From: an uncultured Solibacteraceae bacterium
Lineage (GTDB): Bacteria; Acidobacteriota; Holophagae; Holophagales; Holophagaceae
Reading direction: 5' to 3'
NCBI GenBank assembly: GCA_964434895.1
Contig: CAYSXG010000001.1
Location: forward strand, 1,701 to 65,700
Length of the DNA stretch: 64,000 bases
The notes below the pieces were generated by a model, which had not been told where the DNA came from, searched no databases, and saw only the letters and a list, made by a program, of their open reading frames with translations. This document shows, piece after piece, positions 23,995-32,525 of the stretch (position 1 is its first letter; each line of letters starts with the position of its first letter). Both the position numbers and the translations under genes were made by a program.

Positions 23995-24603
23995 CTACCT
24001 CTGGGTCCAGTCGATCAGTTTCAGAAGCACCTTTCGCGGCAGGCCTGGGCCGAAGGCCCGGACCTGTCCGGCGTCGCCGACCACCTCGAAGCGCCGCGGG
24101 GCCTGGAAGGCCAACACGGTGGGCACCGCCACGGCGACGCGGCCCCGCGCATCCAGGCCCGGGATCGGCACGGCCACCATGCCGGTGGGGGAGCGGACCT
24201 TCGCCGTCTGGACGGCAGCACCGGCCGGGAGCAGCACGGGGGACGCCGGCATCACCACCCACTCCAAGGCGTCGAGGGCATCCAGGGCCAGCAGTCGGTC
24301 CCCGGAGCGCAGGAGGGCATGGCAGGGGGCGGAAACTGGAACGCTAAGGATGGCGTCGCCCGTGGTGCCGGGGCCCATGGTTTGCCGGAGGGCCTCCAGG
24401 GCCTTGGCGGTGAGGCCCACGAGACCGGCCCGAAAGGGGGCCGTGGGCGGATCCCAGTAGCGTCCCTTGCCCGAGCACACGGGGCAGGCCCGGTCCCCGG
24501 CTCCATCCGGCTGGACGCAGCCGCAGCGGTGGGAGGCCTCCCATGTCAGGCGGGCACTCAGCGGGCCCGTCAGGAGCTGGTCGTAGGAAGCGGCGTCCAT
24601 CAT
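23995..24603 (-). CDS. Tail-module protein with a Cys cluster (202 aa)
   Basis: Track ORF lying between the chaperone and the tape measure. Cys cluster CGCVQPDGAGDRACPVCSGKG. Confidence 0.5.
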   Translation of the reverse strand: MMDAASYDQLLTGPLSARLTWEASHRCGCVQPDGAGDRACPVCSGKGRYWDPPTAPFRAGLVGLTAKALEALRQTMGPGTTGDAILSVPVSAPCHALLRSGDRLLALDALDALEWVVMPASPVLLPAGAAVQTAKVRSPTGMVAVPIPGLDARGRVAVAVPTVLAFQAPRRFEVVGDAGQVRAFGPGLPRKVLLKLIDWTQR

Positions 24604-24882
24604 GGCTTGGGCCTCGTGCTCATGTGTTTATCCATCCAGCCCAGGAGGTCGAAGGCGGCATCGGTGACGGCCTTGGTCCGCTGGGCTTGCCGCGCCTCAC
24701 GCCGAGCCTTGCCGAAGCCTTCGGAGGCCATGAGGCTGGCCCAATGGAGCTGATGGGGGGCGAGGGCCATGGCGTCCGGATGGAAGGGGTGGAGCCCGAG
24801 GGCCTTGCTCCCCACCCAGAGGAGGAGAGCGCGGCCATCGGGCTCCTGGTAGTTCGCTTCGAGGGCCCTAGCCTCGAAAAGA
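24600..24882 (-). other. +1-frame extension of the tail assembly chaperone (candidate programmed frameshift product)
   Basis: The +1 frame stays open across the chaperone stop. It encodes the protein-like sequence FEARALEANYQEPDGRALLLWVGSKALGLHPFHPD...WMDKHMSTRPKP. The slippery site is UCU UUU CGA at 24874..24882. Confidence 0.45.
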
Positions 24883-25266
24883 CCGCCTCCAGGCAAGGAA
24901 GTTGCGATAGCAGGCCTGGAGGCCGTCCCCATCGGGGAAGGTGTCCAGGGCCACTTCAGGCTGGCCGCCCTTGGCCGCGAGGCGGTACCACCCATGCGGC
25001 GCCTTCTGGAGGCAGATCCGCAGGGTGGCGCCCCATTCGGCGATGGCACCCCCACCGGCGGCAAGGGCGAGCCGTTCGATCTCCAGCAGATCCCCGAAGG
25101 TGGGATAGCGGACCTCCACAGGGCCGGCGAGGTCCGGGAAGGGGCTCTCGAAGGCGAAGGTGAAGGTCGGGGGCTTGAGGATCTCGGAAGCCTTGAAGGC
25201 CGCCGGGGCCTCCGGCGCGAGGCCGGAGGCGGACTGGAGGATTTCGGCAGGGGTGAGGTCTTGCAT
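24868..25266 (-). CDS. Tail assembly chaperone (gpG/gpE-like position)
   Basis: 132 aa, lying between the tube gene and the tape measure. Confidence 0.55.
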   Translation of the reverse strand: MQDLTPAEILQSASGLAPEAPAAFKASEILKPPTFTFAFESPFPDLAGPVEVRYPTFGDLLEIERLALAAGGGAIAEWGATLRICLQKAPHGWYRLAAKGGQPEVALDTFPDGDGLQACYRNFLAWRRSFRG

Positions 25267-25676
25267 CAGCGGACTCGGATCGCCTTGAAGTTCGTGGTTT
25301 CAGAGACGAGCTGGCCCGCCTGGACGGCGTTGTTCCGGCCCGAGAGGGTGACGGCCTCGATGTAGGCGATGGTTTCGCCCGAGACCTGATCGGTCACTTC
25401 CAGGTCGAAGAGGCCCTGGCGGAGGATTTTCCCCGGAGTCCGCTTCTTCAGGACGCCATCGGCTTCGTCGCGGATGCGGAAGCGCTGGATGGAGCCCTGG
25501 ACGCGAAACACCGTGGGCTGCTGCTCCATCACCTCGAAGGATCCGACCACCACGGCATCCTGAACCGTGTAGTCGGCGTTGTACTGGACGCCCTGGGCGT
25601 ACCCGATCACGTCGCCATCAACGATGATCTTGGCCAGGTGGCCAGCAAGGACGGCGGCTTCATTCATTCCGGCCAT
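25266..25676 (-). CDS. Tail tube protein
   Basis: 136 aa, immediately downstream of the sheath gene, with a beta-rich composition. Confidence 0.65.
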   Translation of the reverse strand: MAGMNEAAVLAGHLAKIIVDGDVIGYAQGVQYNADYTVQDAVVVGSFEVMEQQPTVFRVQGSIQRFRIRDEADGVLKKRTPGKILRQGLFDLEVTDQVSGETIAYIEAVTLSGRNNAVQAGQLVSETTNFKAIRVR

Positions 25677-25685
25677 GTCGGCTCC

Positions 25686-27425
25686 TTACAGGGAAATGGT
25701 CTGGGGGGTCATCACGATGCGGACGGGGATGTACGCCGTTTCCGTGACGGGGTGGGTGTTCACCTGGATGTCCCAGGCGTCGGCGCCATCGCCAACCACG
25801 CTCAGGCCCTCCCACGCGGGCAGGGTCTGACCGTTCTTGGAGCCCTCGGTGAGGACGCCCTGGGGGTTGCGGGAGCCGCGGATCTCGCTGTCCAAGTAGG
25901 CAGCGACGCGGTTCTTGATGCGGTTGGCCGTCTCCAGATCCATGGGGGCACCCACGAAGTCGGAGAGGATGAACTGGAAGGCCTTTTCCAGCTTGAACTG
26001 GATGCGCAGGCCCTGGAGCTTTCGCATCATCACGTTCGGGCCACCCTGGAAGGTGGTGATGGCCTGGATGATGCGGGTGCCACCGGCGACCGGATCGAGG
26101 GCGATGGGAGAGGCACCGGCGACCAGCAGGGCGTTGATGTCGGAATCCTGCGGCGCCGGGAACTCCACGCCTTCGGCGTAGAGGGTCTTGTTCGTCAGGG
26201 GCTCGGAGGCGGTGAGGCCCGCAGCCAGGCCGCAAATCTGCGCGGCGGTGCCGAGGCTGCCGAGGTTCTCCTTGAGGAGGCCCGTGACCGCATTGGTGAC
26301 GAAGGTGCCGTTCCAGGCATAGACGGCGGGGCCGTCCATGGTCTGAGGCTTGGCGGCGGCCTGGGTGGCCGTTTCGCCGGGGGCACCACCCCCGTAGAAG
26401 ATGCGCCAGCGACGGCGGTTGATGGCTCCCAGGGCGATGCAGTGCTGGATCGCCAAGCTCTGGGTGGCGGCGTTCGCCGTGTCCACCATGAGGTGGTCCA
26501 CGTCGATGCCTTCCAGAAGGGCCAGGGGGGCCACGTAGTCGGAGCTGGTCACCACGTCGAGGGCGGTACCGGCGCCGCCCGCAAGGGCGGTTTCCGTGAC
26601 CGCGGACAGGGCGCCGAAAGTGCCCGGCGTGGAGAGCGCGGCGCCCACCATGGCGTCCTGGTACAGCGCGAAGACCACCGAACCCTGGCCGGCGGTGATG
26701 GCCGTGGCGCTGGTGCCGATGGCCGGGGCCGAGGCCAGCACCGGGTTGTCCATCAGGGACACCGGCATCGAGGGGTTGCCCGCGATGGTGGCCGTCCAGC
26801 CGCTGCGGCCGGTGATCCAGGGGATCAGGTTGGCCAGGGTCACATCGTCGGTCGGGTACGGCAGGACGCTCACGATGCTGCCGTTCTCGTACATGCGGGC
26901 CTCGCGGGCCACATGGTCGAAGACCAGCTTGGGCGTGGTGGCCGTCGAGGTGACGGAGAGGCCGAGGCCCACCATGTAGTTCGCAGTGTAGTTCTCGGAG
27001 CGCTTGCGGATGGTGAGGGTGTAGGCGCCGCCGGCGCCGGCGGTGAGGGCCACGGAAATGGCGTTCGTGTGGCGACCGTAGTCGAGGCTGGCGAAGACCA
27101 GGCCCGAGGCGGTCAAGGAGGCTTGGCCCACCGTGCCCACCCGGGTCCAGCGGACGCGGGAGGCGCCGGGCTGGTCCCCGGAGGGGCGGAACATGCGGGA
27201 GATCAGCGCGAGGGCCGTGCCGCCGCGCAGCACCTTTCGGGCATCGGTGAAGGTGGCGAAGTCGTAGATGAAGCCCGGAACACCGCCGTCAGCGGTGCCC
27301 AGGATGGCGATGGTGCCGCCCGGGCCTGGGCGCACCGGAACCATTTGGGAGACATCCGTGTAGGGGTAGACACCCGGGCGTACAACGTAGGCGCCGCGGA
27401 TCATGATGCCGACATTGCCGGGCAT
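25686..27425 (-). CDS. Contractile tail sheath protein
   Basis: 579 aa. The N-terminal PGVY...TIAILG region and the C-terminal ...LLVAGASPIALDPVAGGTRIIQAITT... region are typical of phage sheath families. Confidence 0.8.
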   Translation of the reverse strand: MPGNVGIMIRGAYVVRPGVYPYTDVSQMVPVRPGPGGTIAILGTADGGVPGFIYDFATFTDARKVLRGGTALALISRMFRPSGDQPGASRVRWTRVGTVGQASLTASGLVFASLDYGRHTNAISVALTAGAGGAYTLTIRKRSENYTANYMVGLGLSVTSTATTPKLVFDHVAREARMYENGSIVSVLPYPTDDVTLANLIPWITGRSGWTATIAGNPSMPVSLMDNPVLASAPAIGTSATAITAGQGSVVFALYQDAMVGAALSTPGTFGALSAVTETALAGGAGTALDVVTSSDYVAPLALLEGIDVDHLMVDTANAATQSLAIQHCIALGAINRRRWRIFYGGGAPGETATQAAAKPQTMDGPAVYAWNGTFVTNAVTGLLKENLGSLGTAAQICGLAAGLTASEPLTNKTLYAEGVEFPAPQDSDINALLVAGASPIALDPVAGGTRIIQAITTFQGGPNVMMRKLQGLRIQFKLEKAFQFILSDFVGAPMDLETANRIKNRVAAYLDSEIRGSRNPQGVLTEGSKNGQTLPAWEGLSVVGDGADAWDIQVNTHPVTETAYIPVRIVMTPQTISL

Positions 27426-27446
27426 GGGCTCTCCTTGAGGAAGGGG

Positions 27447-28274
27447 TTAGGTGGAAATGCGCCCGTACCCGGTGGGCACAGGCGCGGACTGGCACGACCA
27501 AGCAGTGAACGTGAGGGTTGCGGTGACGAGGAAGAGGGGCACTCCGGCCACCTCGTAGTCCTCGCTTTCCTGAATCGAAAAGTCGGGCGCCTCGATCCCG
27601 GCAAAGCGGGCGGCATCCACCAAGACCTCCATGGCCTGGCCCAACCACGGGGCCAGCAGGTCGCGGTCCTCGGGGGTCTCCGCCCATGCGATGAGGTTGA
27701 TGGTGGTGGTGTATTGCCGGGTGCGGGAGCGGTCGGAACCCACCAGGACGCCGGAGTTCTTGAGATCGCCGACCACGGCAGAAGCCGGGGAAAGGCTCGT
27801 CACCTGGACCGAGAGACAGGGGAGGGCAGCGGTGGCCCGCGGGAAGGCGCCGGTGATGGTCAGGGGGCGGTCCCCCAGGGGCGGGGTCTGGGCCTGCACC
27901 TCCTGGAGACGCGCCACCACCCAGGGCTTGCCCCAGGGGAATTCCTGGCTGGTGTAGGTCCAATCCAGGGGCACGTTGGGGACGACTGGGCCGGCCTTCC
28001 AGATGTCAGCCTGCGCGTCTTTGTCCCACTCGAAGGTGAACCAGGAGATCGTGGCGACCCCGCGCAGGGCCCCGAAGGCCGAGGCGGACCACGAGCCATT
28101 CGGCTTCTTCACCAAGTCGTAGAGCTGGCCCGAAGGATCATCGAAGGCAGTGGCGGGGGCCGGAGCGATCACGGCCACCACGCGGAGCGGAATTCCGGCT
28201 CCGAAGGTGGCGTAGAGCTTCGCGGCCCCTCCCAGTGGGAGCGGCTCCGCGAGATAGGAGCGCCATTCCGCCAT
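27447..28274 (-). CDS. Tail protein upstream of the sheath gene (function unclear)
   Basis: 275-aa track ORF, the first gene of the minus-strand tail block. Confidence 0.45.
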   Translation of the reverse strand: MAEWRSYLAEPLPLGGAAKLYATFGAGIPLRVVAVIAPAPATAFDDPSGQLYDLVKKPNGSWSASAFGALRGVATISWFTFEWDKDAQADIWKAGPVVPNVPLDWTYTSQEFPWGKPWVVARLQEVQAQTPPLGDRPLTITGAFPRATAALPCLSVQVTSLSPASAVVGDLKNSGVLVGSDRSRTRQYTTTINLIAWAETPEDRDLLAPWLGQAMEVLVDAARFAGIEAPDFSIQESEDYEVAGVPLFLVTATLTFTAWSCQSAPVPTGYGRIST

Positions 28275-28384
28275 GGAGCGAGGGTCGGGGATTGCTGCGG
28301 CCGGGCGTCGATCCGTCCCGGATCATGCGTGCATGGCCAGGGCCGCTGGAACTGACGGGGCGGGCCTCGGGGGACGCTACCCTC

Positions 28385-29107
28385 ATGACGGGCTCCCGGT
28401 ACGGCCGCATCCTGGCCACCCTTCGGCGACTGATCCCCGGGGTAGCCCCCACGGGCGGATGGCGCTATGCCCGTCAGCGCATCGAGGCCTACGAATTGTC
28501 GGGCCCCATGTCGGACCAAGCCGATGCGGCCGAGCTCCAGCTTGTCTTTCCTGACACCTTGGCCCGCCAGGATGCCGGCGGCTGGGGCGCGGATGCCCAC
28601 ACCTGGCGATTCACTCCCACGCCCAACGCAGGGGCCTCCGATGTCTTCCTGGACCTGTGGGGACGCACCCTGAGCGTTCCTCGGGTGGGCCAGGAATCCG
28701 ATGCGGCCTACGCGCAGCGCATCCTGACCGAACTCACACTGCCCGTGACCAACAACACCGGCATGGCCCAGTGGATCGACCGGGCCCTGGGGACCACCGG
28801 CACTCAGGTCATCGACGCCTGGGACCTGGAGGATCAGAAGCGCCGATTCAACGACGCACCCACCTGGCGCCTCAACGACACCATCCAGCTCGAAGCCCCG
28901 CTGGAGTACCCGGCCAGCTACTACCGGGCGAGTTTCCGGGTGGCCCTGCCCATCCAGATGAGCAACCCGTGGAACGCCTCCCGCCTTACGGCGCTCATCA
29001 ACCGCCGCAAGGCGGCAGGCACCCGCCTCCTCGACATCAAGACCCCGGCCACGGGCGGTAGCACAGGCTACGGCTTCCTCTACGGCCTCCACCAGGGGAG
29101 CAACTGA
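28385..29107 (+). CDS. Baseplate/tail-fibre-associated protein
   Basis: Internal ATG (residue 51) of track ORF 28235..29107. It is the first gene of the plus-strand fibre block. Confidence 0.45.
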   Translation: MTGSRYGRILATLRRLIPGVAPTGGWRYARQRIEAYELSGPMSDQADAAELQLVFPDTLARQDAGGWGADAHTWRFTPTPNAGASDVFLDLWGRTLSVPRVGQESDAAYAQRILTELTLPVTNNTGMAQWIDRALGTTGTQVIDAWDLEDQKRRFNDAPTWRLNDTIQLEAPLEYPASYYRASFRVALPIQMSNPWNASRLTALINRRKAAGTRLLDIKTPATGGSTGYGFLYGLHQGSN

Positions 29108-29109
29108 CC

Positions 29110-30105
29110 ATGCCCAGGCAGACCACGAGCTTTTTCAAGATCCCCTTCGGCTGGAACGCGGGTGAAGACCCCGGCACGGCGGACCTGGACATGTTCCGGT
29201 TCATCGTGGAGGCGGCCATGCCCAAGGGCTTCGCCGTCTCCATCCCGGATAGTTTAGGGCTCGCGCTCGCGGTACAAGGTGGCGTCCTACCGGATGTCAA
29301 CGGCGTCTACCAGGCCATCAGCACCACTACCCTCACCCTCCCGGCCTCCAGCGTCTGCTATGTGGAGCGCACCACCACCGGGGGAGTGAGCTACAACCTG
29401 GCCGGATGGACCGCTGGAAAAGTGCCCATCGCTCTGGTCCAGACTGGAGCCACCACCATCAGCACCGTCACCGATAAGCGGCCTGTGACGGCGGTGGGGA
29501 CGGCGGCCCAGAGTTACTTCCAGCCTTCTGGGAACATTTCTGCGGCCACGGTCCAGGCCGCGATCCAGCAGCTCGACGCCCGCGTGGATGCCCAGGTGGC
29601 GACCTTGAACGCCACGATCACCAGCGCCCAGGCGGCGACCCAGGCCTACGTCAACACCTACGTCACGAATGTCATCCACGTTGGCGACACCATCGACGGG
29701 AACACCACGCATTTCCGCGTCCAGCGCGTCACCCTGACGGCCAACCTTCCGGCCACCGTGGGCCCCGGTGAGCTGCTCATGGACTGGCAGACCTACATCC
29801 TCTATTGCGGGGACCAAGCCGGGAACCGCCAGCCCATCAAGATCCCGTCCGCCAGCGTTATCGGCTTGCCCGACCTCAGCAGCGTGAAGCCTGCCGACAC
29901 CGGAGCCACCGTCACCTACGACAGTCAGGGCCGGGTGAGCATCTACGACCAGACCGTCAGCGGCGTGAGCAACAGCACCAACGTCACCTACCTCTCGGAT
30001 GGCCGGGTGAACGCCGTGGTCTATAAGACCGGCGGCACCGTGACGCGCACCGAAACCATGACCTACGACGCCTCCAACAACCTCACGGGCTACACCGTTT
30101 CCTAA
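29110..30105 (+). CDS. Tail fibre protein
   Basis: 331 aa. AATVQAAIQQLDARVDAQVATLNATITSAQ is the common fibre shaft motif, and the C-terminus is repetitive and beta-rich. Confidence 0.6.
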   Translation: MPRQTTSFFKIPFGWNAGEDPGTADLDMFRFIVEAAMPKGFAVSIPDSLGLALAVQGGVLPDVNGVYQAISTTTLTLPASSVCYVERTTTGGVSYNLAGWTAGKVPIALVQTGATTISTVTDKRPVTAVGTAAQSYFQPSGNISAATVQAAIQQLDARVDAQVATLNATITSAQAATQAYVNTYVTNVIHVGDTIDGNTTHFRVQRVTLTANLPATVGPGELLMDWQTYILYCGDQAGNRQPIKIPSASVIGLPDLSSVKPADTGATVTYDSQGRVSIYDQTVSGVSNSTNVTYLSDGRVNAVVYKTGGTVTRTETMTYDASNNLTGYTVS

Positions 30106-30114
30106 GAGGCCTCC

Positions 30115-31941
30115 ATGCCCTTCGATCCGATCACTTATTCCGCCGTCAAGGCCATCGGGAGCGGGAAGCTGTCCTCCCAAAAGATCGTGGCCAACGGCAA
30201 CTTCACGGCGACGAAAACTGGCTGGCACCTCGTCACACTGGTCGGCGGCGGAGCCGGCGCCACCCCCTACAGCGGTGGGGGAGCCGGCGCGGGGGTGGTC
30301 CGCTACCCCGTCTTCCTCACCGCGAACGACGTCGTGGCCTGCACCATCGGTGCCGCTGGCGTGGGGGCGATCTTCCCGGGCACCCTCGCCACGAGCAGTC
30401 CCTATGCCGTCAAGGTGGATGGTTCCAATGGAATCTACTTCACGGAGGCCAATGGCGGCTCAACGCGATACCGAAGGGCGAACGGGGGCACCATTACCAC
30501 CCAGGCGAACATCGCCTCAACACCGACTGGCCCCATCAACGCCCGCCTCGTGGTGGCAGGGTACCGGGTCCCGTGCGCAGCAACTCTTGTCACCACCCTT
30601 GCCAAAGTCTCAGACACCGACTTCAGCATTTCCAACATCACCCTGAGCCCAAACCTCCCGTCATGCCAGGTGGTTGGCGGTGATACCAGTGGTAACTTTT
30701 ACGCGGTTTCTGGCAACAACCTGCTCTACAAGGTGACTGCGGCTGGGGCCACCACCTTGATCGCTGGCATCTCCTCCAGCACCACCTGCGTGGACGGCAA
30801 CTCGGGAACATCCACCCTATCGACCCTTGGCATAACCATGGGAACAGGCGCACCTTGTGGCAATTACCAGCTTTGCGTGAACCCTGCCACGGGGGACGTT
30901 TTCCACATTGGCACGAACGGCACGGCGATCCGGAAGACCACGGCCGCCGGCGTGACCAGCCTGTTGGCAGGCGATTCTGCCTACACGGCCACCGGCACCT
31001 CGGACGGTACCGGCTCCGCCGCCCGCTTCACCAATATCCGAGCCCTCGTCTTCAACACCGTAGACAACTGCATCTACGCCTGGGACACCACAAGCAACAA
31101 CGCCACCATCTCCATTCGCAAAATCACAACCGCAGGCGTCGTCACTACGATCAAGTCAGGCCTGGCCTTCAACAACGAAGCCACGGCCGTCGCGGACTAC
31201 GGGATTTTCTTCGACACCTCGGGCGACATCCTGATCCCCGCAGGGAACAACGGCTCCATCACCTACGGCATCCAAAAGGTTAAGGTCAGCGATGGCACGG
31301 TCACGGTCCCGAGCAGCGACCAGGAGCTGAAGAGCCTCAACCACCTTCGGGACGCCACGAACCACTACTTCATCGCCAACGGCTCCAGCGCCACCAAGAA
31401 AGGCACCATCTACAGCGTCCCGGTGGCCGGTGGCAGCGCCACCCTCATCGGCGGCGTTGTGAACCAGCCCGCCTACCCTCGGGTCTCGGATGCGGCGACA
31501 GGTCTCTTCCAGGATGGCCCCGGCAACGCCGCCGCCACCGCCGGGGGGACCACCAGCTTCGGCACCTACATTTCCGTGCCGGGCGGCGGCATCTCCATGA
31601 CCCGGGGCACCGGCGCCAGCGGAGGCACCACCGGCATCGCCCAGACCCTTTCCACCTCCCAGACCTTCCAGGTCTTCGGGACGACCATCTACAACGGCGC
31701 CGCCGGGACGGCTAGCAGCGGCTCGGGCGCGAGCCTGGACGTGTTCTTCGGCGGCAGCGGCGGCTGGGGTGGCGGCGCCGCCTTCCTGGGCGTGGGCGGC
31801 AACTTGGGCGTGGCTCCCGTCTCCGGCTTCGGCGGGGGTGGTGGCGGCGGGGTGGATAACACCTTCACCGGCGCGACGGCCGCACCCACGGGCCTGGCCA
31901 ACGGCAACGGCGCCCCGGGCGTCATCATCGTGGAGTGGTAA
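30115..31941 (+). CDS. Glycine-rich-domain tail protein with an inserted beta-propeller-like repeat region
   Basis: 608 aa. The N-terminal LVGGGAGATPYSGGGAGAG and the C-terminal GGSGGWGGGAAFLGVGG...GGGGGGGVDN...GAPGVIIVEW flank NHL-like repeats (LLYKVTAAGATTLIAG, AIRKTTAAGVTSLLAG, IRKITTAGVVTTI). Confidence 0.55.
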   Translation: MPFDPITYSAVKAIGSGKLSSQKIVANGNFTATKTGWHLVTLVGGGAGATPYSGGGAGAGVVRYPVFLTANDVVACTIGAAGVGAIFPGTLATSSPYAVKVDGSNGIYFTEANGGSTRYRRANGGTITTQANIASTPTGPINARLVVAGYRVPCAATLVTTLAKVSDTDFSISNITLSPNLPSCQVVGGDTSGNFYAVSGNNLLYKVTAAGATTLIAGISSSTTCVDGNSGTSTLSTLGITMGTGAPCGNYQLCVNPATGDVFHIGTNGTAIRKTTAAGVTSLLAGDSAYTATGTSDGTGSAARFTNIRALVFNTVDNCIYAWDTTSNNATISIRKITTAGVVTTIKSGLAFNNEATAVADYGIFFDTSGDILIPAGNNGSITYGIQKVKVSDGTVTVPSSDQELKSLNHLRDATNHYFIANGSSATKKGTIYSVPVAGGSATLIGGVVNQPAYPRVSDAATGLFQDGPGNAAATAGGTTSFGTYISVPGGGISMTRGTGASGGTTGIAQTLSTSQTFQVFGTTIYNGAAGTASSGSGASLDVFFGGSGGWGGGAAFLGVGGNLGVAPVSGFGGGGGGGVDNTFTGATAAPTGLANGNGAPGVIIVEW

Positions 31942-32517
31942 ATGGGCGCGAACCGAACCTTCGGGGTGGTCTTCAACAACGAGATCCGCGAGAAGGTGGC
32001 CGCCCCAGCCACGCCCACCTACGGCCCCCCGGCCTGGGTGGTGGATCTCACGGACCTCAACCCTCTGCCCGAGGTGGGCTGGAAGCTGGTGGACGGAGCC
32101 TGGGTGTCCCCGCAGGCGCTGCCCCCCACCCTGCCCCGCCCCAAGATCGTCCTCATGGAGGCCACGGTCAGCGGGCCACACAGCGCAATGGGCCGTGTGG
32201 ACATGAACGCCCAGGAAATAACGATCATCCAGGGCGACGCCATCCACGTCACCGGCGAGCTTCAAGTCATGGGCAAGAAGATCCCCTACAGCGGGGCCTT
32301 TCGGATGCCCGTCCGAAAAAGTGACGGCACCGAGCCCGACCTCGCGGCGGCGTTCATCACCGCCGGCGCCGTGAGCGTGGCTTGGGCCCCCGAGCAGCGT
32401 GGCATCTACAGCATCACGGCGGACCTCCTGAACCGGGAGCTTCCTCCGGATGTCCACATGGACTTCGACGGCATCCGGATCTTCGTGATGGCGCCCCCCG
32501 TACCCCCTCCGGCTTGA
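31942..32517 (+). CDS. Hypothetical tail-fibre-block protein
   Basis: 191-aa track ORF, abutting both neighbours. Confidence 0.45.
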   Translation: MGANRTFGVVFNNEIREKVAAPATPTYGPPAWVVDLTDLNPLPEVGWKLVDGAWVSPQALPPTLPRPKIVLMEATVSGPHSAMGRVDMNAQEITIIQGDAIHVTGELQVMGKKIPYSGAFRMPVRKSDGTEPDLAAAFITAGAVSVAWAPEQRGIYSITADLLNRELPPDVHMDFDGIRIFVMAPPVPPPA

Positions 32518-32525
32518 GGTAGTCC

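Noticed and set aside
25638-28355. 905-aa plus-strand ORF spanning the sheath region. Similar long ORFs include 51937..53325(-), 53857..55134(-), 55156..56793(-), 47873..48841(-), 48968..50251(-), 31156..32547(-), 22627..23889(+) and 17244..18218(+).
   Set aside because: These are antisense or off-frame shadow ORFs, which are typical of high-GC DNA. Their products are Gly/Arg/Pro/Ala-rich nonsense, and each overlaps a gene with clear motifs on the other strand or frame.
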